The position numbers were made by a program, and so were the translations under genes. From positions 544,001-608,000 of the forward strand of contig JBKAGP010000001.1 in assembly GCA_046290465.1 (NCBI GenBank): DNA of 64,000 nt, in the 5' to 3' direction. The notes under the pieces were generated by a model. It did not search any database and had not been told where the DNA came from. It was given only the letters and a program-made list of their open reading frames with translations. Below are positions 1 to 10,676 of the stretch, in pieces. Positions within the stretch are counted from its first letter, which is position 1. Every line of letters starts with the position of its first letter. This DNA comes from Planctomycetota bacterium (lineage in GTDB: Bacteria > Planctomycetota > UBA1135 > UBA2386).

Positions 1-911
1 TAGTCGTCGGTGTCCTCGAGCCAGCGCGCGAACCGGCCGTGCAGTTCGGACTGGGCGCGGTGGGCGGCCAGCGCGTTCTCGAGGTCGCGGCGCGCCAGCA
101 CCTGCTCGATGCCCGGGGTCTCGTAGTCGAACACGTGCCCCTGGAACGGCCGTTGGCCGCACAGCCAGATCCGGTCGCCGGCGATCCGCACGCCGCCGTC
201 GGTGCCGTGGATCGCGAACGCGTTGGCGCGCGTCAGGCGGCTGCTGATGTAGGTGCACGGCACGTTGCCGCGCAGCACGACGGTCGCGACGCCGCCGTCG
301 TCGAGGTCGGGCGCGAACGAACGGGTGGTCTGCGCGGTCACGCTGGCGGCGCGGCGGCCGGTCAGCCAGGCGGCGAGGTGCACGTGCTCGCAGGCGAGCG
401 TGACGAACGGGTCGCCACGGTGGGTGACCTCCCCGGCGCGCAGCAGTTCGTCGTCGGCGACGATCGACTGCACCGCCGTGACGCCGCCGAGCCAGTCGCC
501 GGCGATCATGCGGCGCAGCTGCTCGACGATCGGGTCGCCCTGGGCGCGCACGTGCACGCCCAGGCGCACCTCGTGCTGCTCGCAGACCTCGGCCATCGCC
601 TCGGCCGTCTGCAGGTCGGCGGCGACCGGCGCGTGCACCAGCGCCGGCACGCCCTGCTCGGCGGCCCGGCGGACCTGGTCGAGGCGCTGGTCGAGCGGGC
701 CGGTCAGCACGACGAAGTCGACGCCGTAGCCGAGCAGTCGGTCGAAGTCGGTGGTGGCGAAGCCGAGCTGGCTGCCGTGGGCGAGCTGCTCGGCGCGGCC
801 GTCGCGGTCGTCGTGCACCGCGATGATGTCGCAGTCCTGCTGGAGGTTCGCATCCTGCACGGCGCGCAGACCGGCTGGGCCGGCACCCGACAATCCCACC
901 CGAAGCGTCAT
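1..911 (-). CDS. Gfo/Idh/MocA-family oxidoreductase (3' end runs off the window)
   Basis: Manual translation MTLRVGLSGAGPAG... shows a Rossmann start and a Gfo/Idh/MocA-like layout. ATG overlaps the rsmE stop (ATGA). Absent from the ORF track because there is no stop in the window. Confidence 0.75.
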   Translation of the reverse strand, partial: MTLRVGLSGAGPAGLRAVQDANLQQDCDIIAVHDDRDGRAEQLAHGSQLGFATTDFDRLLGYGVDFVVLTGPLDQRLDQVRRAAEQGVPALVHAPVAADLQTAEAMAEVCEQHEVRLGVHVRAQGDPIVEQLRRMIAGDWLGGVTAVQSIVADDELLRAGEVTHRGDPFVTLACEHVHLAAWLTGRRAASVTAQTTRSFAPDLDDGGVATVVLRGNVPCTYISSRLTRANAFAIHGTDGGVRIAGDRIWLCGQRPFQGHVFDYETPGIEQVLARRDLENALAAHRAQSELHGRFARWLEDTDD

Positions 912-1651
912 CGTGGTCCAAGGCTACTGCGTGCGCGCAGCAGGTCCAGCTGCCCCCACAGCGCCGCCAGCGCGGTCTCGGTGCGCAGCGGGTGCGGGCC
1001 CATCGTGATCGGCTCGAAGCCGACCTCGGCGAGCTTGTCGACCTCGTACGGCAACAGGCCACCATCGGGTCCGAGCAGCAGCGCGAACGCGCCGCGCGGC
1101 GGCTCGAGCGACGAGGTCGCGGTCGCCGCCGTCGGGTGCGCGACGAAGCGCCGTTCGGGCAGCTGCAGGCCGGGCAGGTCGTCCTCGACCATCGGCTTGA
1201 AGCGGTCGAAGCGCAGGACCTCTGGCAGCACCGTGCGGCCGGCCTGCTCGAGGCCGAGCAGCAGCTGCTCGCGCTGCACCGCCGGGTCGAACGCGCGGCT
1301 CTGCATCCAGGTCTTGTCGACGCGCCAGCTGCGGAACAGCACCACGCGGGCGAAGCCGAGCGCGGCTGCGTGCGCCAGCATGCGCATCAGCACCTTCGGC
1401 CGCGGCGCCGCCAGCAGCAAGGCGTCGGCGACCGGGGCCGGTGGGCGCTCGAACGTGGCGCGCACCACCGCCAGCTGCTCGGTCAGCCGTTCGACCACCG
1501 CCTCGCCGAGGTTGCCGCCGACGACGCCGGCGCGCAGTCGCTGGCCGACCTCGGCGCGCAGCACCTCGCGCAGGTGGCGGGCGCGCCGGCCGCGCAGCTC
1601 GCAGCGACCGTCGTCGCCGACCTCGTGCGGCTCGAGCAGCAGGAAGTTCAC
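908..1651 (-). CDS. rsmE: 16S rRNA m3U1498 methyltransferase
   Basis: HLREVLR, EQAGRT, and the SPOUT motifs LLGPDGG and LRTETA. Confidence 0.9.
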   Translation of the reverse strand: MNFLLLEPHEVGDDGRCELRGRRARHLREVLRAEVGQRLRAGVVGGNLGEAVVERLTEQLAVVRATFERPPAPVADALLLAAPRPKVLMRMLAHAAALGFARVVLFRSWRVDKTWMQSRAFDPAVQREQLLLGLEQAGRTVLPEVLRFDRFKPMVEDDLPGLQLPERRFVAHPTAATATSSLEPPRGAFALLLGPDGGLLPYEVDKLAEVGFEPITMGPHPLRTETALAALWGQLDLLRARSSLGPR

Positions 1652-2190
1652 AGTCGCAGGCGTCGCCGCAGCCGCTGCAGCAGCGTCAGCTCGGGCCGTT
1701 CGTCGCGGTGGTCGACGCGGTGCTCGCGGTCGCTGATCTCGCCGAGCGGGTGCAGGCCGGTGCCGAACAGGCGCAGGCCCTGGTCGAGGTCGTCGGCGAC
1801 GTTCTGTTCGAAGTCGTGCAGGTCCGGTAGCAGCAGGTCGAGGCGCCGCGGGGCGCGCAGCAATTCGAAGCTGGCGCCGGCCTGCAGCTGGCCCGGCAGG
1901 TTGGTCGCGCGCCGCAGTTCGTCGCGGAGCGGCCGGTTGCCGTCGCTCCAGATGGTCGGGCGCTGCAGCTCGTCGCCGAACGCAGCCGGCAGCGTCGTCA
2001 GCCGGTCGATGCGCGCGCCGGTCACCTTGCTGCCGAAGTCGAGCGCCAGCAGCCGCTGGGCGCTGATGCGCACGCCGCGGTCGTTGGCCGACGGCGAGCC
2101 GACGCAGCCGGCCAGCAGCAGCGCGAGGATCGGCGCGGTCGCGCGCACGATGGTGGAGGGAAGGCGCATCATGGTCCGCATCGGCATCAT
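1648..2190 (-). CDS. Hypothetical lipoprotein
   Basis: Lipobox LAGC after a hydrophobic stretch. Overlaps both neighbours by 4 nt. Confidence 0.7.
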   Translation of the reverse strand: MMPMRTMMRLPSTIVRATAPILALLLAGCVGSPSANDRGVRISAQRLLALDFGSKVTGARIDRLTTLPAAFGDELQRPTIWSDGNRPLRDELRRATNLPGQLQAGASFELLRAPRRLDLLLPDLHDFEQNVADDLDQGLRLFGTGLHPLGEISDREHRVDHRDERPELTLLQRLRRRLRL

Positions 2191-3527
2191 ACGCCGCGTA
2201 GCGAAACCAGGGGGTCGTGGCGGGCGGCGCGCAGCGCCGGCAGCACCGATACGATCAGACCGGTGACCAGCGCTATGCCGGTCACCTGCAGCAGCCACAG
2301 TGGTTCGATCCGGCACGGCACCCGCTGCAGGTTGTAGACGTCGAGCGGGAACAGGTCCTTGCCGGTCGCCCAAAGCACCGCCTGGCGGACCTCCTCGAGG
2401 TAGATCGACGTCAGCACGCCGACGCCGAGGCCGAGCGCCACGCCGACCACCGTGATCACCAGGCCGCAGGCCAAGAACACCGTCGTGACCCCGGCCGGGG
2501 TGCCGCCCATCGCCGTCAGGATGCCGATGTCGGAGGTCTTCTCGGTGACCATCATCGACAGCGTCGCCAGCATCAGGAACGCCGCGACCACCATGATGAC
2601 GATCAGCACGATCTTCATCAGGCCGCGTTGGTGCGAGACGTTGGCCAGGAACTGGGCGTTCTTCTGCTCCCAGGTCTGCACGTGGCCGAACCCGAACGAG
2701 CCCTGCTCCGACACCCGCTGGATCGTGCGCGACAGACGCTCGGCGGTGGCGTCGAGCTGGCGCTCGTCGCGCACCTTGATCGCGATCTCCTGCACGCGCT
2801 GCGGCTGCTCGGGGAACAGCACGGCCCGCAGCGTGTCGAGCGCGACGAACACGTTGTTGCCGTCGAAGCCGCCGTGGTCGGTCCGGTAGGCGCCGGCGAC
2901 CCGCAGGTCGAGTTCGATCTTGACCGGCCGCGCCTTGCCTTCGCCGCCGGCGGCCATGCGCGCCGTGGTCAGCCGCATCCGGTCGCCGACCGCGATGCCC
3001 TCGCGCTGCATCCGGTCGAGGCCGATCAGCACCGCCGGCAGGCCGTCGACCTCGGCCAGCGGGCGCTCGGGATCGGCGCAGCGCAGCGCGTTCGGGATCT
3101 CCGGCGCACGCAGCCAGCTGCCGAACCGGGTGGTCCGTCGCTCCTGTTCGGGCACGACCCCGTAGACGAACAAGAACGGCTGGTCGCCGCCGTGCAGCGC
3201 GCTCTTGCCGGGCAGCGGCGCGGGCGGCGGGCGCTTGCCGGGCGGGTTGAGCATGCCGTAGTGCAACACGCGCGGTGCTGCGCCGGCGACGTTGGCGTCG
3301 TCCTCGATCGCGGCCTGCAGTTCGGGCCACGTGGTCCACTCGGGCAGGTCGCTGCAGACGATGTCCGAACTCGCCGACTGCACGTGCTTCTCGATCACCT
3401 GCAGGAAGCCGCTGAACAGCGATACGACCACGACCAGCGCCCAGACGCTGATCATGATGCCGGCCATGCCGAGCAGGTTGATCGGCCGCGTCAGCAGGTA
3501 GCGGATGGCGAGGAACAGCCGATACAT
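2187..3527 (-). CDS. LolC/E-type (FtsX/MacB) ABC permease
   Basis: LAIRYL start, EKTSDIGILTAMG, C-terminal LPALRAARHDP. Confidence 0.88.
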   Translation of the reverse strand: MYRLFLAIRYLLTRPINLLGMAGIMISVWALVVVVSLFSGFLQVIEKHVQSASSDIVCSDLPEWTTWPELQAAIEDDANVAGAAPRVLHYGMLNPPGKRPPPAPLPGKSALHGGDQPFLFVYGVVPEQERRTTRFGSWLRAPEIPNALRCADPERPLAEVDGLPAVLIGLDRMQREGIAVGDRMRLTTARMAAGGEGKARPVKIELDLRVAGAYRTDHGGFDGNNVFVALDTLRAVLFPEQPQRVQEIAIKVRDERQLDATAERLSRTIQRVSEQGSFGFGHVQTWEQKNAQFLANVSHQRGLMKIVLIVIMVVAAFLMLATLSMMVTEKTSDIGILTAMGGTPAGVTTVFLACGLVITVVGVALGLGVGVLTSIYLEEVRQAVLWATGKDLFPLDVYNLQRVPCRIEPLWLLQVTGIALVTGLIVSVLPALRAARHDPLVSLRGV

Positions 3528-4234
3528 CAGGCGACCTGTTCCTGCGCGATGACCTTGCCGTCCTTCATCCGGATGATGCGGTCGCAGCGGCGCGCCAGCT
3601 GTTCGTCGTGGGTGACCAGCAGGAACGCCAGGTCGCGTTCGCGCTGGATCGAGAACATCAGCTCGACGACGCCTTCGGCGGTGTGCGAGTCGAGGTTGCC
3701 GGTCGGCTCGTCGGCCAGCACGACGCGCGGCTCGGCCAGCAGCGCGCGCGCGATCGCGACGCGCTGCCGTTCGCCGCCGGACAGCTCGGTGGGGCGGTGG
3801 TGCAGACGGTCGCCGAGGCCGACCTTCTCGAGGATCTCGATCGCCTCCTGCCGGCAGCGCCGCCGCTGGCGCCAGTAGCCGAGCACCGACGAGCCCATCA
3901 TGCGTGCGAGCGCGACGTTCTGCAGCGCGGTCAGTTCGGGGATCAGGTGGTAGAACTGGAACACGAACCCGACGTGCTGGTGGCGCAGCCGGGCGCGCTC
4001 GGCGATCGGCAGCGTGCCGACTTGCCTGCCGTCGTAGAGCACCTCGCCCCGGGTCGGCGCGTCGAGCAGGCCGAGCAGGTGCAGCAGCGTCGACTTGCCG
4101 GCGCCCGACGCGCCGAGCAGCGCGACCTTCTCGCCGGGGGCGATGCTCAGGTCGACGCCGCGCAGCACCGGGATCTCGCGCTTGCCGATCGCGTAGCTCT
4201 TGTGGACGTCGACTGCTTGCAGGACGGGGGTCAT
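3527..4234 (-). CDS. lolD: LolD-type ABC ATP-binding protein
   Basis: GASGAGKST, GFVFQFYHL, LSGGERQR, LADEPTGNLD. Start re-called at MTPVLQ. Confidence 0.9.
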   Translation of the reverse strand: MTPVLQAVDVHKSYAIGKREIPVLRGVDLSIAPGEKVALLGASGAGKSTLLHLLGLLDAPTRGEVLYDGRQVGTLPIAERARLRHQHVGFVFQFYHLIPELTALQNVALARMMGSSVLGYWRQRRRCRQEAIEILEKVGLGDRLHHRPTELSGGERQRVAIARALLAEPRVVLADEPTGNLDSHTAEGVVELMFSIQRERDLAFLLVTHDEQLARRCDRIIRMKDGKVIAQEQVA

Positions 4235-5724
4235 TCGAACGACAGCGCGGTGACGGGGTTCATGCGGGCGGCCTTGCGCGCGGGCAGGAAGGCGACGACG
4301 ACGGCGAGCAGCACGGCGCCGACGGCGACCGTGACGACCCACGACGGCTCGAGGTGGCACGGCACCTCGTCGAGGTCGAACAGGCCGCGCGGGAACAGTT
4401 CGATGCCGACGGTGGCGTAGAGCCAGTCGTTGACCGGGTTGAGCCAGATCGACGACAGCACGCCGGCGATCACGCCGAGGATCGTGCCGACGGCGCCGAC
4501 GATCACGCCGCCGATCAGGAACACGCCGCCGATGCCGCCGGGGGCGCCGCCGACCGCGGCGACGATGCCGATGTCCTTGACCTTCTGTGTGACCATCATC
4601 GTCAGCGTGGTGTAGATGACGAACGCCGACACCAGCATCACGACGAACAGCACGATCTCCATCATCGCCTGCTCCTGGGCGACGGCGGACAGGAACGTCT
4701 GGTTCTGCTGGCGCCAGTCGAGCACGGCGCACGGTGCGCTGCCCGCGGGCAGCAGCGGCTGCACCGCCTGCTGCAGGCGCACCTGCAGCGCGCGCAGCTG
4801 CTCGTCGGTCAGGCCGTCGCGCGGCCGGATCGCGACGTCGGTGACCAGCGCGATCGAATCCGGCTCGTAGGCGTCGTGGCCGAGCATCGTGCGCAGCGTC
4901 TCGATCGGGACCAGCACGGTGGTCTCGTCGAACATGCGGCTGCCGGCGCTGAACCAGCCGGCGAACGCCATGCGCTTGGTGTGCGGGCGCATCACCGCGC
5001 CCTGCTCGTCCTCGGTCGGGAACGCGACGCACAGCACGTCGAACGGATCGCCCTGCCGGGTGCGATTGTTGGCGAACACGCGCGGCCAGCCGAACAGCGC
5101 GCCGGGCCAGGCGCTGACGTGGTCCTCGGGGCGGCTCGGCCGCGCCAGCCCGGCGCGTTCGCGGCCGCGGAACTCGAGGTCGTCCGGCACCTTCAGCGCC
5201 GCCAGCCGGTCCGGGTCCCGCTCGTCGAACACCACCGCGCGCGGGTCCTTGCGGCCGCGCCGTTCGATCTGCGCCGGACCGCCGTCGAGCCAGACGTCGA
5301 TGTCGACGACCTCGCGCTCGCGCAGCGGGTCGATGCCCATCAGCACCGCGAAGCCGTTGCTGGTGCGGGCCTGCTCGAACTCGAGCTGCGAGCTGGTCGC
5401 CCCGCCGCTCTGGAAGCGGTTGCCGATCACCGACTGCAGCAGGCCGTGGTGCCGCAGCCGCGGCGCCGTCGTGACGACGTCGGCGTCGGCCTCGAGCACC
5501 TCGCGCAGCGGCTCGTAGCCGGTGTCGTGCGGCAGGTCGGTCAGCAGCAGTTCTGGCGCCGACGTGCGAACGTCGGTGTGGATGTCGGTGACGAAGCCGG
5601 TGAACACGCCGTCGACGATCAGCATCGCCCACACCGCGAACGCCACCCCGAACACGCCGAGGATGTTGATGCGCCGCGTCACCAGGTAACGCAGCGCCAG
5701 GAACGGGCTGAACGCGGGGATCAC
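4231..5724 (-). CDS. LolC/E-type ABC permease (second paralog)
   Basis: LALRYL, QKVKDIGI, LPARKAARMNP. GTG start re-called. Confidence 0.85.
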   Translation of the reverse strand: MIPAFSPFLALRYLVTRRINILGVFGVAFAVWAMLIVDGVFTGFVTDIHTDVRTSAPELLLTDLPHDTGYEPLREVLEADADVVTTAPRLRHHGLLQSVIGNRFQSGGATSSQLEFEQARTSNGFAVLMGIDPLREREVVDIDVWLDGGPAQIERRGRKDPRAVVFDERDPDRLAALKVPDDLEFRGRERAGLARPSRPEDHVSAWPGALFGWPRVFANNRTRQGDPFDVLCVAFPTEDEQGAVMRPHTKRMAFAGWFSAGSRMFDETTVLVPIETLRTMLGHDAYEPDSIALVTDVAIRPRDGLTDEQLRALQVRLQQAVQPLLPAGSAPCAVLDWRQQNQTFLSAVAQEQAMMEIVLFVVMLVSAFVIYTTLTMMVTQKVKDIGIVAAVGGAPGGIGGVFLIGGVIVGAVGTILGVIAGVLSSIWLNPVNDWLYATVGIELFPRGLFDLDEVPCHLEPSWVVTVAVGAVLLAVVVAFLPARKAARMNPVTALSFE

Positions 5725-5729
5725 GATGG

Positions 5730-7232
5730 CTACTCGGTGGCGGTCGCCTCGGACCCTCCGTCCGCCGCCGCCTGCGCTTCGTCTGCGCCGGTCTGGTCGA
5801 TGCGGCGAAGCAGCGGGAACAACACCACGTCGCGGATCGAGGTCGAGCCGGTCAGCAGCATGCACAGCCGGTCGATGCCGATGCCGAGGCCGCCCGCCGG
5901 CGGCATGCCGAACTCGAGCGCGGTGACGTAGTCGACGTCGACCTCGCCGGGCGTCTCGTCGTCCTTGTCGTGCACCTGCGCCTGGAAGCGCTCCTCCTGG
6001 TCGATCGGATCGTTGAGCTCCGAGAACGCGTTGCCGAGCTCCATGCCGGCGACGAACAGCTCGAACCGTTCGGTGACGCGCGGGTCGTCGGCCGTGCGCT
6101 TGGCCAGCGGGCTGATCGCGGTCGGGTAGTCGTGCACGAACACCGGCCCGGTCAGGGTGTCCTCGACGGTCGCCTCGAACACGTCGTTGGCGAGCTTGGC
6201 CGGCTCGATGCCGTCGGTCTTCAAGCCGAGCTCCCGGGCGCGGGCCAGGCACTGCTCGTGGTCGAACCAGTCGACGCCGGGGTTCTTGTCGGCGAACCGG
6301 TCGAGGTAGCGCGCCTTCTGGAACGGCGGCTTCAGGTCGTACTCCTGCTCGCGGAACGTCACCTTGCCGTCGCCGCCCAGCACCACGTCGACGAGGTGCG
6401 CGAACAGCCCCTCGACGCGGTCCATGACGTCCTTGTAGTCGGCCCACGCCTCGTAGCTCTCGAGCATCGTGAACTCGGGGTTGTGGCGGGTGCTGATGCC
6501 CTCGTTGCGGAACACGCGGCCGATCTCGTAGACCCGCTCCATGCCGCCGACGATCAGCCGCTTCAGGTACAGCTCCGGCGCGATGCGCAGGAACAGCGGC
6601 ATGTCGAGCGCGTTGTGGTGGGTCGTGAACGGCCGCGCCGCCGCCCCGCCGAAGATCGGCTGCAGGATCGGCGTCTCGACCTCCAGGTAGTCGAGCGAGT
6701 CGAAGTAGTGCCGCACCTCGCGCACGATCTTCGAGCGCAGCGCGAACGCGTTGCGCACGTCGGGGTTCGCGAACAGGTCGACGTAGCGCATCCGGTAGCG
6801 CTGTTCCTGGTCCTGCAGGCCGTGCCACTTCTCCGGCGCCGGCCGCAGCGCCTTCGAGGCCAGCGTCACCTGCCTGGCCCAGATCGTGTTCTCGCCCTTC
6901 TGGGTGACGCCGATCTCGCCGGTGATGCTGACCAAGTCGTTGCTCTCGACCTTCTTGCGGTTCGGCCAGAACTCCGCCAGGTGGTCGCGCTGGAAGCCGA
7001 TCTGGATCGAGCCGCTGCGGTCGCTCAGGTGTGAGAACCGCAGCTTGCCGAAGTCGCGCACCTGCGACAGCCGGCCGGCGACCGTCACCGTCTGCCCGAT
7101 CTTGTGCTCGAAGCCCTCGAGCACCGAGGCCACGGCGACGCCTTTCGGGACCCGCGCCGGAAACCCGTCGGTCCCCGCCTCGCGCAACGCCTTCAGCTTC
7201 TCGTAGCGATCACCTGCAATGCCGTCCGTCAT
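5730..7232 (-). CDS. lysS: Lysyl-tRNA synthetase class II
   Basis: FRNEGISTRHNPEFT, ELGNAFSELNDP, GMPPAGGLGIGIDRL. Confidence 0.97.
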   Translation of the reverse strand: MTDGIAGDRYEKLKALREAGTDGFPARVPKGVAVASVLEGFEHKIGQTVTVAGRLSQVRDFGKLRFSHLSDRSGSIQIGFQRDHLAEFWPNRKKVESNDLVSITGEIGVTQKGENTIWARQVTLASKALRPAPEKWHGLQDQEQRYRMRYVDLFANPDVRNAFALRSKIVREVRHYFDSLDYLEVETPILQPIFGGAAARPFTTHHNALDMPLFLRIAPELYLKRLIVGGMERVYEIGRVFRNEGISTRHNPEFTMLESYEAWADYKDVMDRVEGLFAHLVDVVLGGDGKVTFREQEYDLKPPFQKARYLDRFADKNPGVDWFDHEQCLARARELGLKTDGIEPAKLANDVFEATVEDTLTGPVFVHDYPTAISPLAKRTADDPRVTERFELFVAGMELGNAFSELNDPIDQEERFQAQVHDKDDETPGEVDVDYVTALEFGMPPAGGLGIGIDRLCMLLTGSTSIRDVVLFPLLRRIDQTGADEAQAAADGGSEATATE

Positions 7233-7351
7233 TCGGCAAGCATGCTAGCGGTGGCCGTTCCGGGTTGCGAAGGTCCTCTCCGCGGGGCCGGTCGGCGCCA
7301 GCGGTGCTGCCGCGGGCCAGCATCGGTCCTGCCGCGGGCCCGCCGACCCGA

Positions 7352-7663
7352 TCAGCCGTCGAGCGCGACTTCCAGCCGGCCGGCGACGACGCGCGACCGG
7401 TAGGTCCGCACCGACCACTCCGGGCCGACGTCGCACTGGCCGGTGCGCAGGTCGAACTCCCAGAGATGGAGGTGGCAGACGACCTTGCCGTCGAGCACGG
7501 TGCCGTCGCACAGCGGCGCGCTGGCGTGCGGGCAGGCGTTGTCGATCACCCGGTAGTCGCCGTCGACGTGGAACACCGCCAGCCAGCGGCCGTCGAGCTT
7601 GACCGGGTGGCCGGGGTCGAAGTTCATCTCGGCGAGCGCGCCGACGTCGGTCCAGGTGCTCAC
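7352..7663 (-). CDS. Rieske [2Fe-2S] ferredoxin
   Basis: CPH...CHLH Rieske ligands. GTG start overlaps the trmB stop. Confidence 0.88.
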   Translation of the reverse strand: MSTWTDVGALAEMNFDPGHPVKLDGRWLAVFHVDGDYRVIDNACPHASAPLCDGTVLDGKVVCHLHLWEFDLRTGQCDVGPEWSVRTYRSRVVAGRLEVALDG

Positions 7664-8361
7664 GTGCCGGCTCCTTCGGGGCTCTCGGGCAGGTCGCCCG
7701 GCAGGCGGCGGAACGCGTAGCGGCGGATCACGCGTCCCTGCTCGATGTACTTGCGTTCGAAGTTGGTCGGCGTGAACGCGTGGCCCGGGCCGAGCGCGAT
7801 GCGGCGCTGCTCCTCGTCCTCGTCGCGTTCGAACAGATCGGTGTGGCCCATAACGCGCGCGATCTGGCCGGCGTAGCCGGCGTTGTCGGTCGCGATCAGG
7901 CAGTAGCCGTCGTCGCGGATCGCGCGCGCCAGGGTCCGCGGCACGTCTTCGGTGAAGAACCGGCGGCCGCGGTGGCGGCGCTTCGGCCACGGATCGGGGA
8001 AGTAGACGTGCACCGCCGCGAGCGCGCCGGGCGCGACCCGGTCCTCGAGGAACAGCTTGCCGTTGTCGACCAGGAACAGGCCGTTCTGGCGGCCGGTCTC
8101 CTTCAACCGGGTGGCGGCCAGGCTGGCGTAGCCCAGCGCCGCCTCGATGCCGAGCAGGAACGTGTCGGGACGCGCCTCGGTCGCCGCGATCAGGTAGGCA
8201 CCCTTGCCGGGGCCGATCTCGATCTCGACGTCGTCATAGCCGTCGGGCACCAGGTCGTCGAGCGCCGGCGGATCGTCGCCGCCGAGCACGAGCCGGTCGC
8301 CGGGGTCGTCGTCCAGGTCCTGCACGCGGCTGCGGAACGACAGCTTGCCGCCCTGGGACAT
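7660..8361 (-). CDS. trmB: tRNA (guanine-N7)-methyltransferase
   Basis: EIGPGKG, YFPDPWPKRRH, ATDN, TNFERKY. Confidence 0.9.
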   Translation of the reverse strand: MSQGGKLSFRSRVQDLDDDPGDRLVLGGDDPPALDDLVPDGYDDVEIEIGPGKGAYLIAATEARPDTFLLGIEAALGYASLAATRLKETGRQNGLFLVDNGKLFLEDRVAPGALAAVHVYFPDPWPKRRHRGRRFFTEDVPRTLARAIRDDGYCLIATDNAGYAGQIARVMGHTDLFERDEDEEQRRIALGPGHAFTPTNFERKYIEQGRVIRRYAFRRLPGDLPESPEGAGT

Positions 8362-8428
8362 GCGGGGGTTGTGGTGGTGCTTGCTGGCGGAGTCGGACGG
8401 CGCGGACATGAGGCGGAGCAGCATAGCG

Positions 8429-10609
8429 ATGCGTCGGCGCCGCCATGGACTGCAGCCGTTGGAACCGACCCCGACCGACTCCCTGACCCGCCTCGGCGCG
8501 CGCCTGGTGCGCCGCCGCCGGACCGTGCTGACGCTGGTGCTGCTGGCCGCGGCGGTGCTCGCGGCCGGCATCGGCGAGCTGCAGGTAGGCTTCAAGGTCG
8601 ACGGCTTCTTCCGCAGCAGCGACCCCGAACTGCAGCGCGCGATGCAGCACTACCAGGACGATGGCTTCGAGCCGCCGGACCGGATCCTGCTGTTCGCGTG
8701 GCCGGAGGCGGAGCCGACCGGCGCAGCGGCGCTGGCACACGTGCGCGCGTTCGCCGCGGTCGCCGAGCAGCACGAGGTGCTGCGCTCGGTGACGACGCTG
8801 GCGTCGGCGACCGTGCCGGGCTCGCTCGGCAGCACGCCGGAGCAGCTGGCGGCGTCGTCGACGTGGCGCGACCTGCTGGTCGCCCGCACCGGCGACGCGG
8901 TCGGCGGCGTGATCGAGCTCGAGGTCGCCTGGCAGCATCAAGACCTGCAGGCCGCGTGCGACGCGCTGCGCGAGGTCGTGGCCGGGTTCGGCGCCGAACT
9001 GCACCTCTGTGGTCTGCCGTACCACACGATGGTCAGCCGGCAGCTGGTCAAGGACGACATGGCCCGGTTCCTGCCGATCGGCACGGTGGTGTCCGCCGCG
9101 CTGCTGTTCTGGCTGGTGCCGCATCTCGGCCTCGCGCTGCTGGCGCTGCTGGTGGTGCCGCTGACGCTGGTCAGCACGCTCGGCGTGATGGGCTACTGCG
9201 GCGTCGAGATCACCATGCTGACGTCGACGCTGCCGACCCTGCTGCTGTGCATGTCGGTGGCCGACGGCCTGCACATGGTCGGCCGCTTCCTCGAAGAACG
9301 CGACGTCGACGGCGACCCGCGGGCCGCGGCGGTGCGCACGTTCGCGGCGCTGCTGGTGCCGTGCCTGCTGACCTCGCTGACGACGATCGTCGGCTTCGCG
9401 TCACTGCTGCGCGCCGACCTGCGCGACCTCGGCTACCTCGGCGGCTTCGCCGCGGTCGGCATGGGCTTCGCGTTCCTCTACACGATGCTGCTGCTGCCGC
9501 CGGCGATGTCGTTCGTCGGCGCGCCGGCGGCGCGTCGCGGCGCCGACCCGGCGCGCTGGCTGGTGCAGCTGGCGCGCTGGCTGCAGCGGGCCCGGGCCCG
9601 CTGGTGGGTGGCGCTCGGCGCGGTCGTCGCGGTGACCAGCGCCGTGCTGGCGCGCGACCTCGAGACCGAACACCGGATCACCGCCGACCTGTGGCCCGAC
9701 TCGCACATCATGCGGCAGCTTCGCTTCTACGAGCAGCGCTTCGTCGGGGTCGTGCCGGCCGAGGTGGTGGTCGAGGCGCCCGACGGCTTCGACCGCCGAG
9801 CGCGCGTGCAGCTGCTCGACTACGTCGACCGGCTCGAGCAGGTCGAGGGGGTCAGCCGCACGCTGTCGATCGCCGATCTCTACCGCGACGGCCTGTCGCA
9901 GGTGATGGTCGGCACGCTGGCCGCGGCCGGGCTGTTGCCGGCGGGCATGCTCGGCGACGACGGCCGCACGGCGCGGCTGCTGGTGTTCCGGCCCGATCTC
10001 GGCACCAAGGCCTACCACCGCTTCGCGGCGGCGGTCGCCGACCTCGCCGAAGGCTGTGATGCGATCCAGCCGCGGCTCGCCGGCCTGCAGATGGTCGGCA
10101 CCGCGCAGGTGCTGTCGATGACCGACGACCTGCGCTGGTCGTTCCTCGGCTCCGTGCTGGTGATCTTCGTGCTGGTCTGGCTGCAGTGCCGACGCGCGCG
10201 GCTGGCGACCGTGGCGATGCTCGCGTGCCTGGTGCCGATGCTGGCGGTGGTCGGGGTGATGGTGCTGCTCGGCATCACGCTGCGGCCGCTGACGGTGATC
10301 TCGTTCTGCGTCGCGCTCGGCCTGATGGTCGACGACACGATCCATCTGGCGGCGCGCTGGCGTGAAGAACACCTGCGCGGCCACGACCGCGACGAGGCGG
10401 TGCAGCGCACCCTGGCGACCGCCGGCCGACCGGTGGTGATCACGACGTTGGTGCTGCTGGTCGGGTTCGTGACGATCCTCGGCAGCGGCTTCAAGGGAAC
10501 GTTCACGTTCGGCCTGCTGGTCGACCTGTCGCTGCTCGGTGCGCTGCTGTCGGCGCTGGTGCTGCTGCCCGCGTTGCTGCGGGTGCTCGGCAACGGCGTT
10601 CGTGGGTGA
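8429..10609 (+). CDS. MMPL/RND family transporter
   Basis: Two repeated TM halves with SVADGLH and MVDDTIH motifs. Start uncertain (8408-8459). Confidence 0.85.
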   Translation: MRRRRHGLQPLEPTPTDSLTRLGARLVRRRRTVLTLVLLAAAVLAAGIGELQVGFKVDGFFRSSDPELQRAMQHYQDDGFEPPDRILLFAWPEAEPTGAAALAHVRAFAAVAEQHEVLRSVTTLASATVPGSLGSTPEQLAASSTWRDLLVARTGDAVGGVIELEVAWQHQDLQAACDALREVVAGFGAELHLCGLPYHTMVSRQLVKDDMARFLPIGTVVSAALLFWLVPHLGLALLALLVVPLTLVSTLGVMGYCGVEITMLTSTLPTLLLCMSVADGLHMVGRFLEERDVDGDPRAAAVRTFAALLVPCLLTSLTTIVGFASLLRADLRDLGYLGGFAAVGMGFAFLYTMLLLPPAMSFVGAPAARRGADPARWLVQLARWLQRARARWWVALGAVVAVTSAVLARDLETEHRITADLWPDSHIMRQLRFYEQRFVGVVPAEVVVEAPDGFDRRARVQLLDYVDRLEQVEGVSRTLSIADLYRDGLSQVMVGTLAAAGLLPAGMLGDDGRTARLLVFRPDLGTKAYHRFAAAVADLAEGCDAIQPRLAGLQMVGTAQVLSMTDDLRWSFLGSVLVIFVLVWLQCRRARLATVAMLACLVPMLAVVGVMVLLGITLRPLTVISFCVALGLMVDDTIHLAARWREEHLRGHDRDEAVQRTLATAGRPVVITTLVLLVGFVTILGSGFKGTFTFGLLVDLSLLGALLSALVLLPALLRVLGNGVRG

Positions 10610-10676
10610 GCGTCGAGCTGCGTCGGCTGGCCGAGCGACGTAGACTGCAGCCCACCTCGGAACGAGAACCGACACG

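Noticed and set aside
2187..5724. Duplicated permeases as a novel transporter
   Set aside because: Standard heterodimeric LolCDE-type arrangement next to lysS.
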